Source of the DNA: Balanoglossus misakiensis
Lineage: Eukaryota; Animalia; Hemichordata
Reading direction: 5' to 3'
DNA: 64,000 bases
NCBI GenBank assembly: GCA_040954595.2
Contig: CM082585.2
Location: 2,882,902 to 2,946,901, forward strand
Below the pieces are notes generated by a model that was given only the letters and a program-made list of their open reading frames with translations, ran no database searches and was not told the DNA's origin. Below, piece by piece: positions 50,791-63,934 of the stretch. Numbering within the stretch: position 1 is the first letter of the stretch; the number at the start of each line of letters is the position of its first letter. The translations under genes were made by a program, and so were the position numbers.

Positions 50791-53127
50791 TTAAAGGGCA
50801 AGGTTTTTTCTGTTTTACGATCGATGTATGCTAATGTAACTGCGTGCATTCGATCGCCAGCTGGTATTACAGATTTATTCAGGTGTGAAATGGGAGTGCA
50901 GCAAGGCAGCATATTGTCACCTTTGCTTTTCACGTTATTCATTAACGACTTGGGGGGTTCGGTTGAACATGAATATGCAGGAGTTCACATTGCCACTATA
51001 AAACTCTTTTTTCTCCTTTTCGCTGATGACTTGTCTTTATTTAGTACAACCCAAATTGGCCTACAGAGATTACTAAATAATTTATCTTCATATGCTAGCA
51101 AATGGAAGCTCAAAGTCAATATTTCCAAATCAAAAATTATTGTCTTTAGGAAAGCGGGTCGACTTAGATCAACAGAGAAATGGTTTTTGAATGGGCAGAG
51201 AGTAGAGGTTGTTCCCGCATACAGCTATCTTGGAATTTTATTTCCAGTTCTGGTCTGTGGAGTCGGGCTCAGGGTCAACTAGCGTTACAAGCTACGAAAG
51301 CGCTGTTTAATGTGAAGCGGGCATTATGTAAGTTTGACTGTATTGATGTGAGTCTGGCTTTCAAAGTTTTTGATGGGAAGATTCTACCCATCATGATGTA
51401 TGGAAGCGAAATTTGGGGGTTACATGCAGGGGAACAGATTGAAAAAGTGCATAATGATTTCTGTCGTTTTATTTTAAAGCTCAAACACAATACAGCTAAT
51501 CTTGCAGTCAAGGGCGAACTTGGTCGTTTTTCTATTCGCACATTTAGGCTAACTAGGGTTATCAAATATTGGTTTAAATTGTTGACGATGCCACATTACC
51601 GTATTGCCTACCATTGTTATAATTTCCAACACTCTGAGGCAGAAAAGGGAAGAGATTGTTGGGCTTCTGGAATCAAGCAATTATTATTTTCACTAGGTTT
51701 TGGGGAAGTGTGGATTAATCAAGGGGTTGGGTGCATAAATACTTTTATCAGTCTATTTAAACAGCGATGTCAAGACGTTTTTATTCAAGAATGGCATGCT
51801 GGTCTGGCAATGTATTCAAAGTTGGATACCTATTGTAATCTCAAGTGTACATTTGGGCGGGAAAAGTACCTTTCTGTTCCACTTCAAGAAAAATATCGCA
51901 ATGCCTTATGTCGCTTAAGAGTATCTGCACATTCTTTACGAATAGAATCTGATAGACCTTTATTGAATCGTCCTGAAAGAATTTGCTGTTTTTGTGACAA
52001 GAATGTCATTGAAGACGAATTTCACTTCTGCATTGTATGTCCGTTTTATGATAATTTAAGGGCCAAATATTTGCCTACACACTTCTATATTGCACCATCC
52101 TATGTAAAATTTGTTTTGCTTTGTACGTCTGAAAATAGCACGGTGATACGAAATCTGTCTAAATACATTTTCTATGCTATGAAGAAAAGAGCAAATACAG
52201 CAGCTGATTCAACTTAAGTGTTTGTAACCTCAAATGCTTAATTTTGTTGGGCACCCTCGTGCATATCGTGTGTATCAATCATATGTATACATTTGGGCCA
52301 GTGGCCTACTGTATATGAATAAAATAATAATAATAATAATAATATTGCACGATACAATGTACATTGTTAAAATGAAAATCTCTTCAATGCTTGTAGAATT
52401 ACAATGTCAAATTCTTTGTGTGCGCTCATTACATAATTTTCTATCTCATTCGATGCGTAGTGCATGCGCAGAAACTCTAAAACGACACATGGCTTCTCTA
52501 TTTGAATCATTTTCAATACAAGATAAATAATGCTCTTGCCCAAAGGTCAATCTGAAAGAAACAGACGTAAATTTGAATACAAATTCTGAACATAATACTG
52601 ATAACAATTTTATTCAAAGTATTTGCAAAATCATGAGTTTTTCATAGAAGTCAAAATACAGCTTCTACGGCTACGGCTACAGAAAATAAGTCTCCCACTT
52701 AGTGTAAATTTTTCTCCCTATAAAGTTTGAACTAAAATTATAACACCAGTCAAAGCAACTAATATTTTACCCAACACAATACGACAATATATAACAGAAC
52801 TTTGGGGCATGTTATGTACTGTGTCAGTCAATTGATAGTCGCTGTTGTTTGTCCATGTAAGTATCAAACAATGAATATTATTTGCGTGTAAACTTATATG
52901 AAATTAACTGCGAGTCAAGATTAATACAAAGAATTGAAATCACCACAATTTTAATAGACCGTAAATTGCATAGAGCTCTTGAATTTCATCATAGATAATT
53001 TGAATAGATGCTACAACTGGAGTGATCAGTTCGACAACTCTTTCAGGATGCTGAAACAATAAAACACCTTAAAATACTCTTTCTATAACCTACCTGTTTA
53101 AATATTAAGATGCAACCAAATTCCCTG

Positions 53128-53862
53128 TCAATCATCTGCCAATAGCTCGAGATAAACCGTGCATCCTGAGAGGTAAGTATTGGAAGGGGAATCAGCTGGA
53201 TTGGCACTGGACGGAATATACCGCATTTCTAAAAGTGATATCCAAATCACTACCTCATATATAGTCTTCAAGGCGTTATTCATATCCTTGCTTCTACTTC
53301 TCAAATTCCGCCAGCAATGTATTAGCGTTTTGTTATCAGTATAAGCAATAACCCGGGTATTGCGGACCACACATTCAAATGACAGTAATGTTTTCTTAAG
53401 CGCCTTACTCTCCTTATACGCTAACGGTTTTCTTGCATATTCGTACCCCAGTAATCTCTAATCTCCCCTCTCCTTTCTCCAGACATACAGATACCGCCCC
53501 AAGCATACTGAGAAGCATCACTTGTGAATGTTGACATATTTCTCTTCTTTCCATTGACTGTATATATTCCCTGTTTCCAACCTCTCCCAGCGTAAGATTT
53601 CATCACGTAACTCTGGGTGACGAAATATAAGACCTCCCTCTTTCTCAACCTTAGACAAAGGAGCTGCCATCTGCTGAATATACATTATACAACGGCCACC
53701 AACAACAAAACACATTTCCTCATCAATTCGCTGAAGGGTTTTGACAGAAACAAAGAGGCTACGTAAGATGTCCTTCCGTAATTTCACGAACTTCATTTTC
53801 TTCTGATGAGATATGCTAAACTTTTTCTTCACTTGAAAACAGAGGAGCTCCAAACGGGGCAC
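53128..53862 (-). pseudogene. degenerate DIRS-type RT/RNase H fragment
   Basis: TSDASQYAWGG, YTDN, YIPSSANPADSPS across several frameshifts. Confidence 0.75.
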
Positions 53863-55547
53863 TTTTGATTTTGTAAGAGATAGAATAAAGTAAATAATGT
53901 TAACATTGCAACACCAGAGGGGAAGTCATAATAGGACAATCATCAGAGCATACAGACTATCGATTGACACCGTATCCAAAAAACAGGATCAAGCCTAAAT
54001 GAGACAGTCTGCTGAGAGTGTACATTCTGACCATGGCTGTACCACCTCTTTTGCTGATTACATCTACAAACTGCAGGATTTTTCGACTAGAAACATTTTT
54101 GTCTCTGAACCCAAATTTTGCAGCGTGCCGACCGACGTTATCGAGTGAACTATATTTGTAAGGGACGATGATGCACCCCAAAAAAATTTAGATCAAGAAT
54201 ATTTGGCATTGTTTCTCTTTGGGGGGGGGGGGCAAAGTTGAATATTGATATACAATGACAATGTATGCTATGGTTTGCCCCCGGGAAATGATTGGTGCAA
54301 TGCTAATATCTAAATTCATAGTGTAATATTTGATGAAGCCGGTTGAATTGACCCAAATGTTTGTAGTCTTTCATTACACTCACAAAGAGAAGCCAAAGAA
54401 TTTGACATCAAAAGAATCGACTTTACATTCAACAGTACCACACGACAATCCCCTATGTCACAGGCACAAACGTTGTGTATTTACATTTCAATTCCCACGT
54501 GACTGTGAACTGTACCTATCCTTAACAAATGTGCAAATGTCACCTTGGAATAATTTTCTGTGTTTTTTTACTTGCTTTAGGAAAAATAATAGTCATCCAA
54601 ACCTTTTAATTCTTTGCAATATTAAGTTTTATGAGGAGTCTTTTTGGAAACAAAGAAGAAAATAATTCATTCACCACCTTGTTGTCGTGAAAATTACTAC
54701 TTTAATTTTTCTCCATACAGTTAACACATAGATTGGCGGCCATTTTGAATTTTTAATTTGATACAATATGAGTCGTTCATTTAAAATGTTAACAATTGAA
54801 ACTCGCAACAAACAACACCAAAGATAACTAGCCCCTGATGTTTTCATCGGCAGGTTTCTACTTTTTTTTAAAGAAGGATAACATGGAAGTAATTAAATAT
54901 ACAAAGCTTTCAAAACGACAAAATGTAAGGCATACTTGAAATGGGTAACTATATGTGTGACTGTAAAAATACAAGAATGAACAAATAGCCTACTAAAATT
55001 AATATTGAGTTGAGTGTTTAAATATGTAAACATATAGATTTAATTTGAAATAGACATCTAACATTAACAACCACGAGATACATGAACACCAACATAATAA
55101 TGATTGTATTTCAATCTGGAATCCAACAATTGTTCGAATTGAAAATTAATCACAGTTTTTTTTTGTATAAAGTTGACAATAAATTCAATCGAATAATAAT
55201 GATTTACACATTTGTGAATAACGAATTCAATTTTTCTGAATAAATTACTCATGGCATATACTCCAAAGACTCGGCAGAGAATAGTGATGATGGTGGTTTG
55301 GCCTAAATGACACCATAATATATTATCTATAATATAATTTGTGTTAATATGGTAAGGACGAATGAAGCATGATTAATAACTCTGGAGGCCTAAGTGGCCA
55401 AAAATCCATTGGACTAATCTGATAAAAATGAAATTCTGTTCATATCGCCCTCGTGTGGTCAGTGAGCATTATGTGGAGGGACCAACTGTTTTGCCGCCAC
55501 GTTGGAAATCACCATGCATCATGGGTTAGAATGTAACCAATCGTTTT

Positions 55548-58500
55548 CTAGGGTAATATCATTGTTGTTGCCAGTCCGGATGTAAATATCGTCAGGTGGT
55601 TACACAGACACACAGTGGAGGTGACGTTTGATAATGGTGAAACCTACGGATTTAAAATAAATGCAGAAAAGTTGGAACATTTCTGTGAGTAATATGACAA
55701 AGTATTACAGGTTCTGCCTACTGTTTGAATTGTGTCATATCTAAAGGATGCATTGAATTCGGTTAGGTTCAAATTACAAAATTGATTCTGCTAAATCCAA
55801 ATTATATTTTGAGGAACCATTGTGCATACCTGGCAACCGTCACTCTCCCAGCTGTCAGTCTGGATATTCAGATAATCACAGCTAGTTTGTATGACAGTGT
55901 ATGCAAACTGGATATCTTGCTCTACAAAATGGAATGAATACAAACAAGTTAGGGTATCTCAAAGAAGTTGTATTCTTTTTGACGTGGTGGTGACGTCGAC
56001 TCTTAAAACCCCGGATGTAGACTCATGCATTTTGGCCTAGTAGTTCAGACTTCCTTACTACATGAATTGATATGATAGGTTCTGATACAAATAATAAGTT
56101 TGAACTTGTAAATTTAAATGATGCATGACAATGCACAAGCTATTAAATGTGCTTTAAACAGCAAATGTGTACAATACTTAAGTGCAGTGTAAGGTACATG
56201 TAAATGTTAAACATGGACACTTACTGTGGGGAATGATAAATGTTAAATAATATTCCCCAGTTCTTAAGAAATAGTGTTCTGGGATTAACACCGTGGAATA
56301 ATCTCCTGCAAATTCCATGTCAACAGCGAACTGGTATCCAACGTATTCGTCATTGTAAGTTGTGTGCTCTTTGAAGACGTACACCGTTGTATTTCCATAC
56401 AGAGGTTTGCAATTTTCAAACTTAATGATAATTGGTTGGAACAACCATGCTATCTGCGACGATAGAATATATAGAATGAATATTAATTTTGCGAGAAATA
56501 TGAACACTTTTTGCTTACATCTGTTAGTATTGGCTGGCCGATAGCCCAAAGCAGTATACATAATCAGAATTGAATTTACTAGTTTTATTTCCATTCACCT
56601 ACCTCTACCTCGACATTTAATCCAAAATATGTGACGTCATGGACTACAGTGTACACACCTTCGATCAATGAGACGGTTTCTGGCTCAGGGGCTTCACTAG
56701 CAAATGTAATTTCAATGTCTTCTTTAGTATCTTTCACTGGAAGGGTGAATAGAGAATAACTTTTATGCAGATGTTGATGCTGAACAGAAAATATATATTG
56801 CATAGCCATATTTACAGACAAACCAAGTTAGGTAGAGTTCATACAAATCTTTCAGTGTTAGATTTTATCCGATTCCAACTCATACCATATAGAAAGCAAT
56901 ATTGTGATGATAATATAATACCTTCTAACTCTCTGCCTTCTCTATCAGTGAACGACAAGCTCAACACAAATTTTCTTGGAAATGTGTTCCGTTCATTGTA
57001 GTCTTGGAGATGCAAAACTTCTGTTCAAAACACTAACCTATGGGCGATAATGTATTATAAACTTCATTGGCATGTGTTTACAGAGTGTGTTTAAGGAAAT
57101 AGAGAGAGAGAGAAGCGATAACATCTTATGTTCAACAACAAGGGTTAGACTCTTACAATCCTGTTAACAATTGCTCCAGAGGTTAAATTGGAGAACATCT
57201 TCTCTGCCGGTGGAAACTTCACACCATTGCCGCCTCGGAGTAACATAGAGGTGTCGGTAAGATGCACCACAGAATCGCTTTCCAAATGCAATTGAAAGAA
57301 TTCTGAATCCATGGTAACTGGCCCACTGCCGGGTTCCATCCCACGTAGAACAGTCTTGGCGAGGGAATCGGTTGCGTTTAGAAGGAACTTGGTCACCACG
57401 TCTGTTGTTTCATCTTCGGCCGGCGACGGAAGAGTCACAATGCCTTCATCCAGAAGCGCCAGGCTTTCTGTAAGATTTGAAATTGAAACTGTAGGCAGAA
57501 TGAGTTTCCCTACTGTCCGTTGTTCATTACATATATTGATTATATTCGGGCATCACTTCAACATTAGTCTAACACATGATGTCCAAATATATGGCCATTG
57601 CAAAGTTTGCACAGTCTGGACATCGTGAACTGGAACGTGTTTTTTTTTGTCAGAAATGTGAAATCGCTTGCCTTTAGCTATGTTCCGACTTGAATCTAGA
57701 GGCAGGTTTAGATCCATTAGTTCCTTGATCATAGCAGATGCTCGAGGAAATGGTTCAAGCACCTGTCGGAGTTCAGAAATGACACAATGAAGCATTTGTT
57801 AGTTCATTTTGACTTTTTAACATATAAAAGTTCCAAGATAGTCGTACTGTAAACAAAATATAAATATTTTTCAGAGTGTTCATATTATTTTTCATATTTT
57901 TCCAATGTTGTTTACTGTCAGAGTCCTTAAAAATATGATTACATGAAATCTACACATTGCAATGATGAGAGGGCAAGTCTAAGTCATCGAATGACCTAGG
58001 CCATGTGATGGCACACGACTTTCGCGCGGATATATATTGACAAATATTTATTGTCTTGATCTAAACTTTGAACGGTAAATAATCATGGTTAACTATATTC
58101 CTTTGAACCACGCCCTCATTCGCTCGTCAGGAGAGCGTGTTCTGAAGCTTACTCGTTCCTTGCCCATTGGGGGCGCTGCATTGATTCAAACTGCGCTCTA
58201 ATGTTGCATTTTAATAAGAATTCCTTTTAGCAGTCTGGTTTAATACTTACACCTGATACAACTGGACATGCGTACAGAGAGAAGGTGCCTACAAAAGAAA
58301 TATAATGCAAAAGTGTTTTGGGTAGAAATGTATATAAATGACGGTACGAAATTAAAGCAGCGAGCATAGTGCCCTGGGCATATGTGAACGTTGAGATTTA
58401 ACGCACGTCACTGATGAAGAATATTTATATTGTACAAATGAGAACATTAGACAAACTATTAGATATGCTTATGTGAGAAAATCTTTGGCCATTCAATCCA

Positions 58501-59337
58501 GTAGATTTTAATATAGGTGTAACCTTCATGCCAACATTGAGTGTTTTTGTACACGAATTTATATAAAAAAACAATCATTGGATGACTTTACTATGACACT
58601 CAAGGAAGCGCGTGTGCTTGAAATTACTCTTGTTGGTCTACCGGTATACCGCCCTCTACACTGACGCATCATAAGCCTCTGGGAACACATTTTCAGATAA
58701 ATGATAGCCCTCAAAACCTTTGCTACATATATGAGGAGATTTTTTTCATAAAAGTCACCTGGGTTTTCTTTGTAGACGTAGCATGGAGATCGGCGACAAT
58801 TTTCCATTATTAATAGCGGTATTGACACAGCAATCTCGATCTCCCTACCCTAATAATGACGGTGACGATGACGATAGATATTAAAAAGAAAGGAAAATAA
58901 AACATTTTGACACCGTCATTGTTGTTGTTGTTGTTCTTCTTCTTCTTCAATTGAGAGATAATTGAAATGAAACACTTGATACTCACTTTCCACTGCAGTT
59001 ACAGTCGCATGAAATGATCCAGGATTTTGCTCACTTGTCGTCCAAACTATCGTAGTGACATCACCGAACGATACAAAGATGGGTGGGACAATGGGCATAT
59101 CATCGTATATATAATTGCGCTTTTGTTTAATATTGCTTTCATTGCCATCGTCTAGAAGTGCAAGGGAGTCATTTTGCGAGACCAACTCGAAATGACTGAA
59201 GCAGACTATTATTAGTCCACCATCAGTATTGGTCAGGGTCCAAGTGCACTCAAGACTGATGTTGTGATCATCTGGATAGTTTGGAGGACTAACTCTAACT
59301 GCCTGGCCATTTCTTAGGGCGTATATCTCAAAGTATT
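55548..59337 (-). CDS. 3' part of a CUB + GAIN/GPS-domain (PKD1-like/adhesion-GPCR-like) gene; possibly a pseudogene
   Basis: Exons: CUB 59337-58987 (SPPNYPDD...CTW), 58288-58251, 57762-57672, 57467-57157, ~57037-56922 (frame problem), 56736-56603, 56453-56225, 55921-55830 (CDY...WESDGC), 55643-55548 (CLCNHLTIF...*). A possible exon at ~58640-58850 is unresolved. Confidence 0.72.
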
Positions 59338-59399
59338 CTGACAAAAAGAAATAGAATATAACAGAAGTATGAGGTTGTGGATATATCATGATAGTGAAT

Positions 59400-59651
59400 T
59401 AAGGTTCCACCACACACAACTTCCATCCTGTTCGTAGGATTTGAGAGTAACAACTCGCCCAAAATGAATAAATGGTAAAGACTGATTATTCATTTTGGCG
59501 AGTTTTCCACTCTCATGTCTACAAGCGGGACGGAAGTTGTGTGTGATCGAATGTTGATTCACTATATATCCACATGTAGAATAACATAAACGCTGTCTTG
59601 TATCAACATAATTAATGGAAAAGGGGTCAGCGAGAGAGAGACTTTATCCCT
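59400..59651. mobile_element. Kolobok-type MITE, family A (left-truncated)
   Basis: Right end agagagagactttatccct|TTAA. Confidence 0.8.
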
Positions 59652-59655
59652 TTAA

Positions 59656-60441
59656 GATGGGTCCCTGGGATCTTTTTGCCCGTTGCTATGGGCCTTTATA
59701 GGACATTACACCCCGATTTGGACTAATCCGTTTTCAGAGTCTAACAAGGGGCTGGTAACTAGTTGAAAATCTGCACGATTGTGAGCGCGCGCCCCCTGAC
59801 GCCATTGATATGCAAATTAGTTAGGTCAAATTTCAAAAGCCTAAGGCTTTTTATTCCGTGACCTCAAAAACGAACTTGATACGTATTCATTAGTTGCTTG
59901 AACTAGGGAAGATCGTGACGGATTTTGTTTTCGAATATTATCGTTGTATCCTACGATTTCAGCATACCCGTACCACACCTGAAAAAGTCATCGATTTTGG
60001 GTGTTTTTGGACGCACTCTTCCACTGGTATCGCTTCTTAGCACGACGAAAACCGAAAAAACGATCCGTCACACTATGCGGAAGTGCGTTCTCAACAAGCA
60101 GGTCAAAATTGGCTGGCCTACGTCGCCTGTGAAAAAAGCCTTAGGGATTTTCGTGAACGGTACAAAATCTCTGTGTACAAAACATTGGATTTTTAGCGTT
60201 CGATCCAGTTACTGTGGTTACAGGACGCGCACGCTATCGCTGACCGCTGCTTTGCCGTATTAGCGTGGCGGCCTATGGCCGGGCGGTAGCTGCCGTAAAC
60301 ATACTCAGACAGGGGGTGTGCACACAATTTTTAACTAGTTACAAGCCCCTTGTCGGACGTTCATAACGGTTTCGATCAAAATTGAGTGTAATGTCCTATA
60401 AAGGCCCATAGCAACGAGCAAAAAGATCCCAGGGACCCATC
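59656..60441. mobile_element. Kolobok-type MITE, family B
   Basis: TTAA|GATGGGTCCC...GGGACCCATC|TTAA; close copy of 49996-50790. Confidence 0.9.
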
Positions 60442-60445
60442 TTAA

Positions 60446-60949
60446 AGGCACGTAAGCTGCAACTGGATAAAAAATTAAAGTTTTAAATAATCTCATATAT
60501 GCTTTTAATTATGTCTATTAAATGATATTTCATGATAATATATCAAGCTCAACCCTTATTTACGACAAAATGGCCAAAAATTAAAGAAAAACGAAAATTC
60601 CTGCAATTTTATAAAGAGTGCAGTATTGCAATGAAAAATGAAAATCTGATGTCTCAGTGGTGTACATTTACTTCCATGAGCTCAAGTGGATGAGATCATG
60701 TTTTGTTTATGAAGTTTCATAACCTGAAATGCAACATTTTCATTGTTTCTTGCATTTTCCCACGGTGGCGGCCATAATCGCTTGCGGCAAAGGTTTATTA
60801 TTTATCTGGTTAAAACTTGCATATGCACTCATATTTAGGGTTTATAATGCTTGTGTATAGTTCACTGCCTTCATCTGCATGGACTAATGGTAGTGCAGTT
60901 TGAAACAAAAATTATGAAAATTATCCCAACAGTTACAGCTTACGTGCCT
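60446..60949. mobile_element. Kolobok-type MITE, family C
   Basis: TTAA|AGGCACGTAAGCTG...CAGCTTACGTGCCT|TTAA. Confidence 0.85.
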
Positions 60950-60976
60950 TTAAGGGTTGCAATGTTGTTAACTATA

Positions 60977-62707
60977 CTACCGATTTCAAAATACCTTGGA
61001 AATTCTTTGTGTTCGAGTGTTACAATAAACGTCTCCCATGATAAGAAAAAAACGTCTAAGTTCATGAAACTGAATACCGCACTTTGTTTATTTTGCAACA
61101 AAGTGACCGTTTCAAACGTGCGTAATCCCACTGTAAGATTGTCTGTAGTCTACTCTGAACCTTGTATGAGGATGTTTTGCACTGACAACCAAGGAAACTT
61201 CGTAATGATGGAGAGCAATATATCGAGTATTTAAAATGACAAACTCCTTCGATTTCATACGAAGAAATTCAACAAAAATTGGCGGAATTTTCGCAAGCAG
61301 ACGTGTCAATACCCACCGTCTGTCGAACCGTCAGAAATCGTTTGTCCGACCAAACGTGGACTTGGAAAAAAAATGGCGTGTTGCAAACGACGAGAGTTGT
61401 TTAGCGTGTCGAATGCTGCTCTACGAAGCTCGTAGTTACCTTCTGACCGGGACATTTACGCTTGAACGGACTGCGTTCCCCCACTTCAGGTCGGTATATT
61501 CCTTTGAAGCAGAGACGTGAATTGCTAGTTCTGCGGGTTGCAGTGTATCCCGTCTGTTGAACTTTCTTTTAGAGAATCGACGTATTGCGAAGAGAGACGA
61601 TTGAGATGAGAATAAGCAGTGTAGGATAGAGACGACATACCAAACTGCCGTGTTGTATTCTGAATTTGTGTTGTTGAAATGAAATACAACGGAAGAGTTT
61701 GAACCGCATCGCTGTGTGGACTGATAGTTTTGTGGCTAATTCGGGCGTGCGAGGCCGCCACTAACCTTGCAGCGATCATCCGGCAGCTTGAGAACTTTCT
61801 CGACCTACGCATGAACTTGTTTGTGGCAGCAAAATATATGAACTCAGCGTGACAGGTTACATTGTTTGAAAAATAACGTCGGCGCTTCATCGCGCCCAGC
61901 GGATTTTTTTTTTGAGATCTGGCTTTTTCAACGTTTGTTTGGCGTTCATGATTAGTATAAATCCATGTTCTTGTTCCGCTATTTCCATTCCAAAAACCCC
62001 AAAGTTTTAAACGTGTACACTTTGACTAGAAAATGCCTCAGACACCTTCATATGCTGTCCGGCAGCCGGGGTGGGATATCCGACCGCGGTGCAGCTCAAA
62101 GTGGCGTGGAGCTGGTCATGTTGGGAGCGGTGCTGTCGGATCGACGTCTTCGCCTACACTTTTCATACCCGCCGGCGTGCGGCAATCGGCAAGAACCCAT
62201 CGGACGGAACCCAGTCCGTTTAAGCGCAAATGTCCCGGTCAGAAGGTAACTACGAGCTTCGTAGAGCAGCATCGACACGCTAAACAACTCTCGTCGTTTG
62301 CAACACGCCATTTTTTTCCAAGTCCACGTTTTGTCGGACAAACGATTTCTGACGGTTCGACAGACGGTGGGTATACACACGTCTGCTTGCGAAAATTCTG
62401 CCAATTTTTGTTGAATTTCTTCGTATGAAATCGAAGGAGTTTGTCGTTTCAAATACTCGATATATTGCTCTTCATCATTAGGAAGTTTCCTTGGTTGTCA
62501 GTGCAAAACATCCTGCTACAAGGTTCAGAGTAGACTACAGACAATCTTACAGTGGGATTACGCACGTTTGAAACGGTCACTTTGTTGCAAAATAAACAAA
62601 GTGCGGTATTCAGTTTCATGAACTTAGACGTTTTTTTTCTTATCATGGGAGACGTTTATTGTAACACTCGAACACAAAGAATTTCCAAGGTATTTTGAAA
62701 TCGGTAG
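60977..62707. mobile_element. IS630/Tc1-mariner-derived foldback element with ~495-bp arms
   Basis: TA|CTACCGATTTCAAAATACC...GGTATTTTGAAATCGGTAG|TA; arms encode HTH-like IEYLKRQTPSISYEEIQQKL...TVCRTV...WTWKKM. Confidence 0.75.
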
Positions 62708-62709
62708 TA

Positions 62710-63934
62710 ATGGTGTTATACAATCAGCTTGAAGTGCCCGTTGTGTGCTTCTTTGTATTGGTGCACCGATGTATTTCGCAGTGGATGCCTTTATAATGTT
62801 TGTCTCCGCCCCTGTATCTAGTGTCAGTCGTAACGGGTGATGGCGGTAAAAGGCTTTGACATATGGGGATTGTTTAATGTTGACACGGTATGTGCGAACG
62901 GGGTCGATGTCGATGGCGGCCTCGTTGTCGAAATAATTTTGTAGTGGACTGCCGTCGTCCTCCTCATCATGACATGTAGTGTGTCGACTTTTGGTGAGGT
63001 ATAACCTGTCCTCCTGAGGTAAGAATTTGCACTTACTCAGGAAATGTTGATATTTTGGACGTCCTGCTTGCTTGCATAGGGGGCATGACTTGTTGCTTTG
63101 GCATCTACTGGCTGGTGTATCATCACTATATGTGGCTGCAGGCTGCGTATTTGTACGTGTGCGAACAAATGACTTGGCGACAGACCGGAGGACCTTGGCC
63201 TCGGATGCTGAGTGGATCAGCAGAGAGGGTAACGCCTGGGATATTTCTGGTTTAAGGGTGGCTAGTGTTTTTGACCTCAACTCCGTCCCATAGCGTTGCT
63301 TTACCAGGTTAGGGAGATCTGGGTGGACGAGTCGTAGCCAGGTGAGGACCACCATATTTTCTAATGTGGGTGACATATCTTCATCAACGCCTGGCTGTGT
63401 ACCGAGGTGGCTGATGTTGCCATCCACTGGTAGTAAATTATCTTCTACAAATGATTTCAGCCGTTGGTACAGGTCTTCAGGTCGCTCATCAGTTTATAGT
63501 TTAATATTGTTAAAGTCTAAGAAGTGAGCACCTGATGACTGAAACCCGTAGTGGAGACGAATAGCCTGCCAAATTGATGTTATAGAAGTCGAATTCTTAA
63601 TGATCGTGTTGCGAGATATAACGGGGCAGAAGTTCGCGATCTGACCCAGCATTAGTTCGAGGTGTGTGACTTTCTGTCCTGAAGTGCACCGCCTACGTTC
63701 GTCAATATCTACACCGTCATCGGTAAACCCACGTAGTGGTGAAGTATTCGATTTATTACCCCACGTACCACCTTCGACGAGGAAATCGGCGAAGTTCGGG
63801 TCCAGGGAAAGTACATATTGTAAGTTCTGACGCCACGCTTCGAAGGAAGTGATGGTCTCCCGTTTGGTGAGGCTCCATTGTTTTGGAGCTCGTACGGTGA
63901 AGGTCGCCATATTGCTTTGACTAAAACGGAACAC
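62710..63934 (-). mobile_element. Gypsy-type gag-protease, frameshifted near 63490 and truncated by the foldback element
   Basis: [23 protein letters not shown] (gag); CPLCKQAGR...HFLSKC; LTLDTGAETNII (aspartic protease). Confidence 0.85.

Larger units (their letters stand above)
46437..52217 (+). pseudogene. LINE ORF2 (APE endonuclease, RT, C-terminal CCHC), interrupted
   Basis: WNINGI...LTETW; GDFNAR; SVIDY; SDHHP; KAPGIDG; FIDFEKAFD; GVQQGSILSP; FADD; CCFC...EDEFHFCIVC. Segments 46437-46890, 48340-49995, 50795-52217, with one frameshift near 51240. Confidence 0.92.
45247..52340 (+). mobile_element. full-length APE-RT LINE (RTE-X/L2-like; clade uncertain) with two nested insertions
   Basis: 12-bp TSD AATATTGCACGA (45235-45246, 52341-52352); ORF1 and ORF2; AATAAA plus (AAT)n tail. 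Confidence 0.92.

Noticed and set aside
58559-58849. Additional exon of the CUB-GAIN gene
   Set aside because: A phase-1 donor is plausible, but I found no acceptor in phase with the CUB exon; left unresolved.
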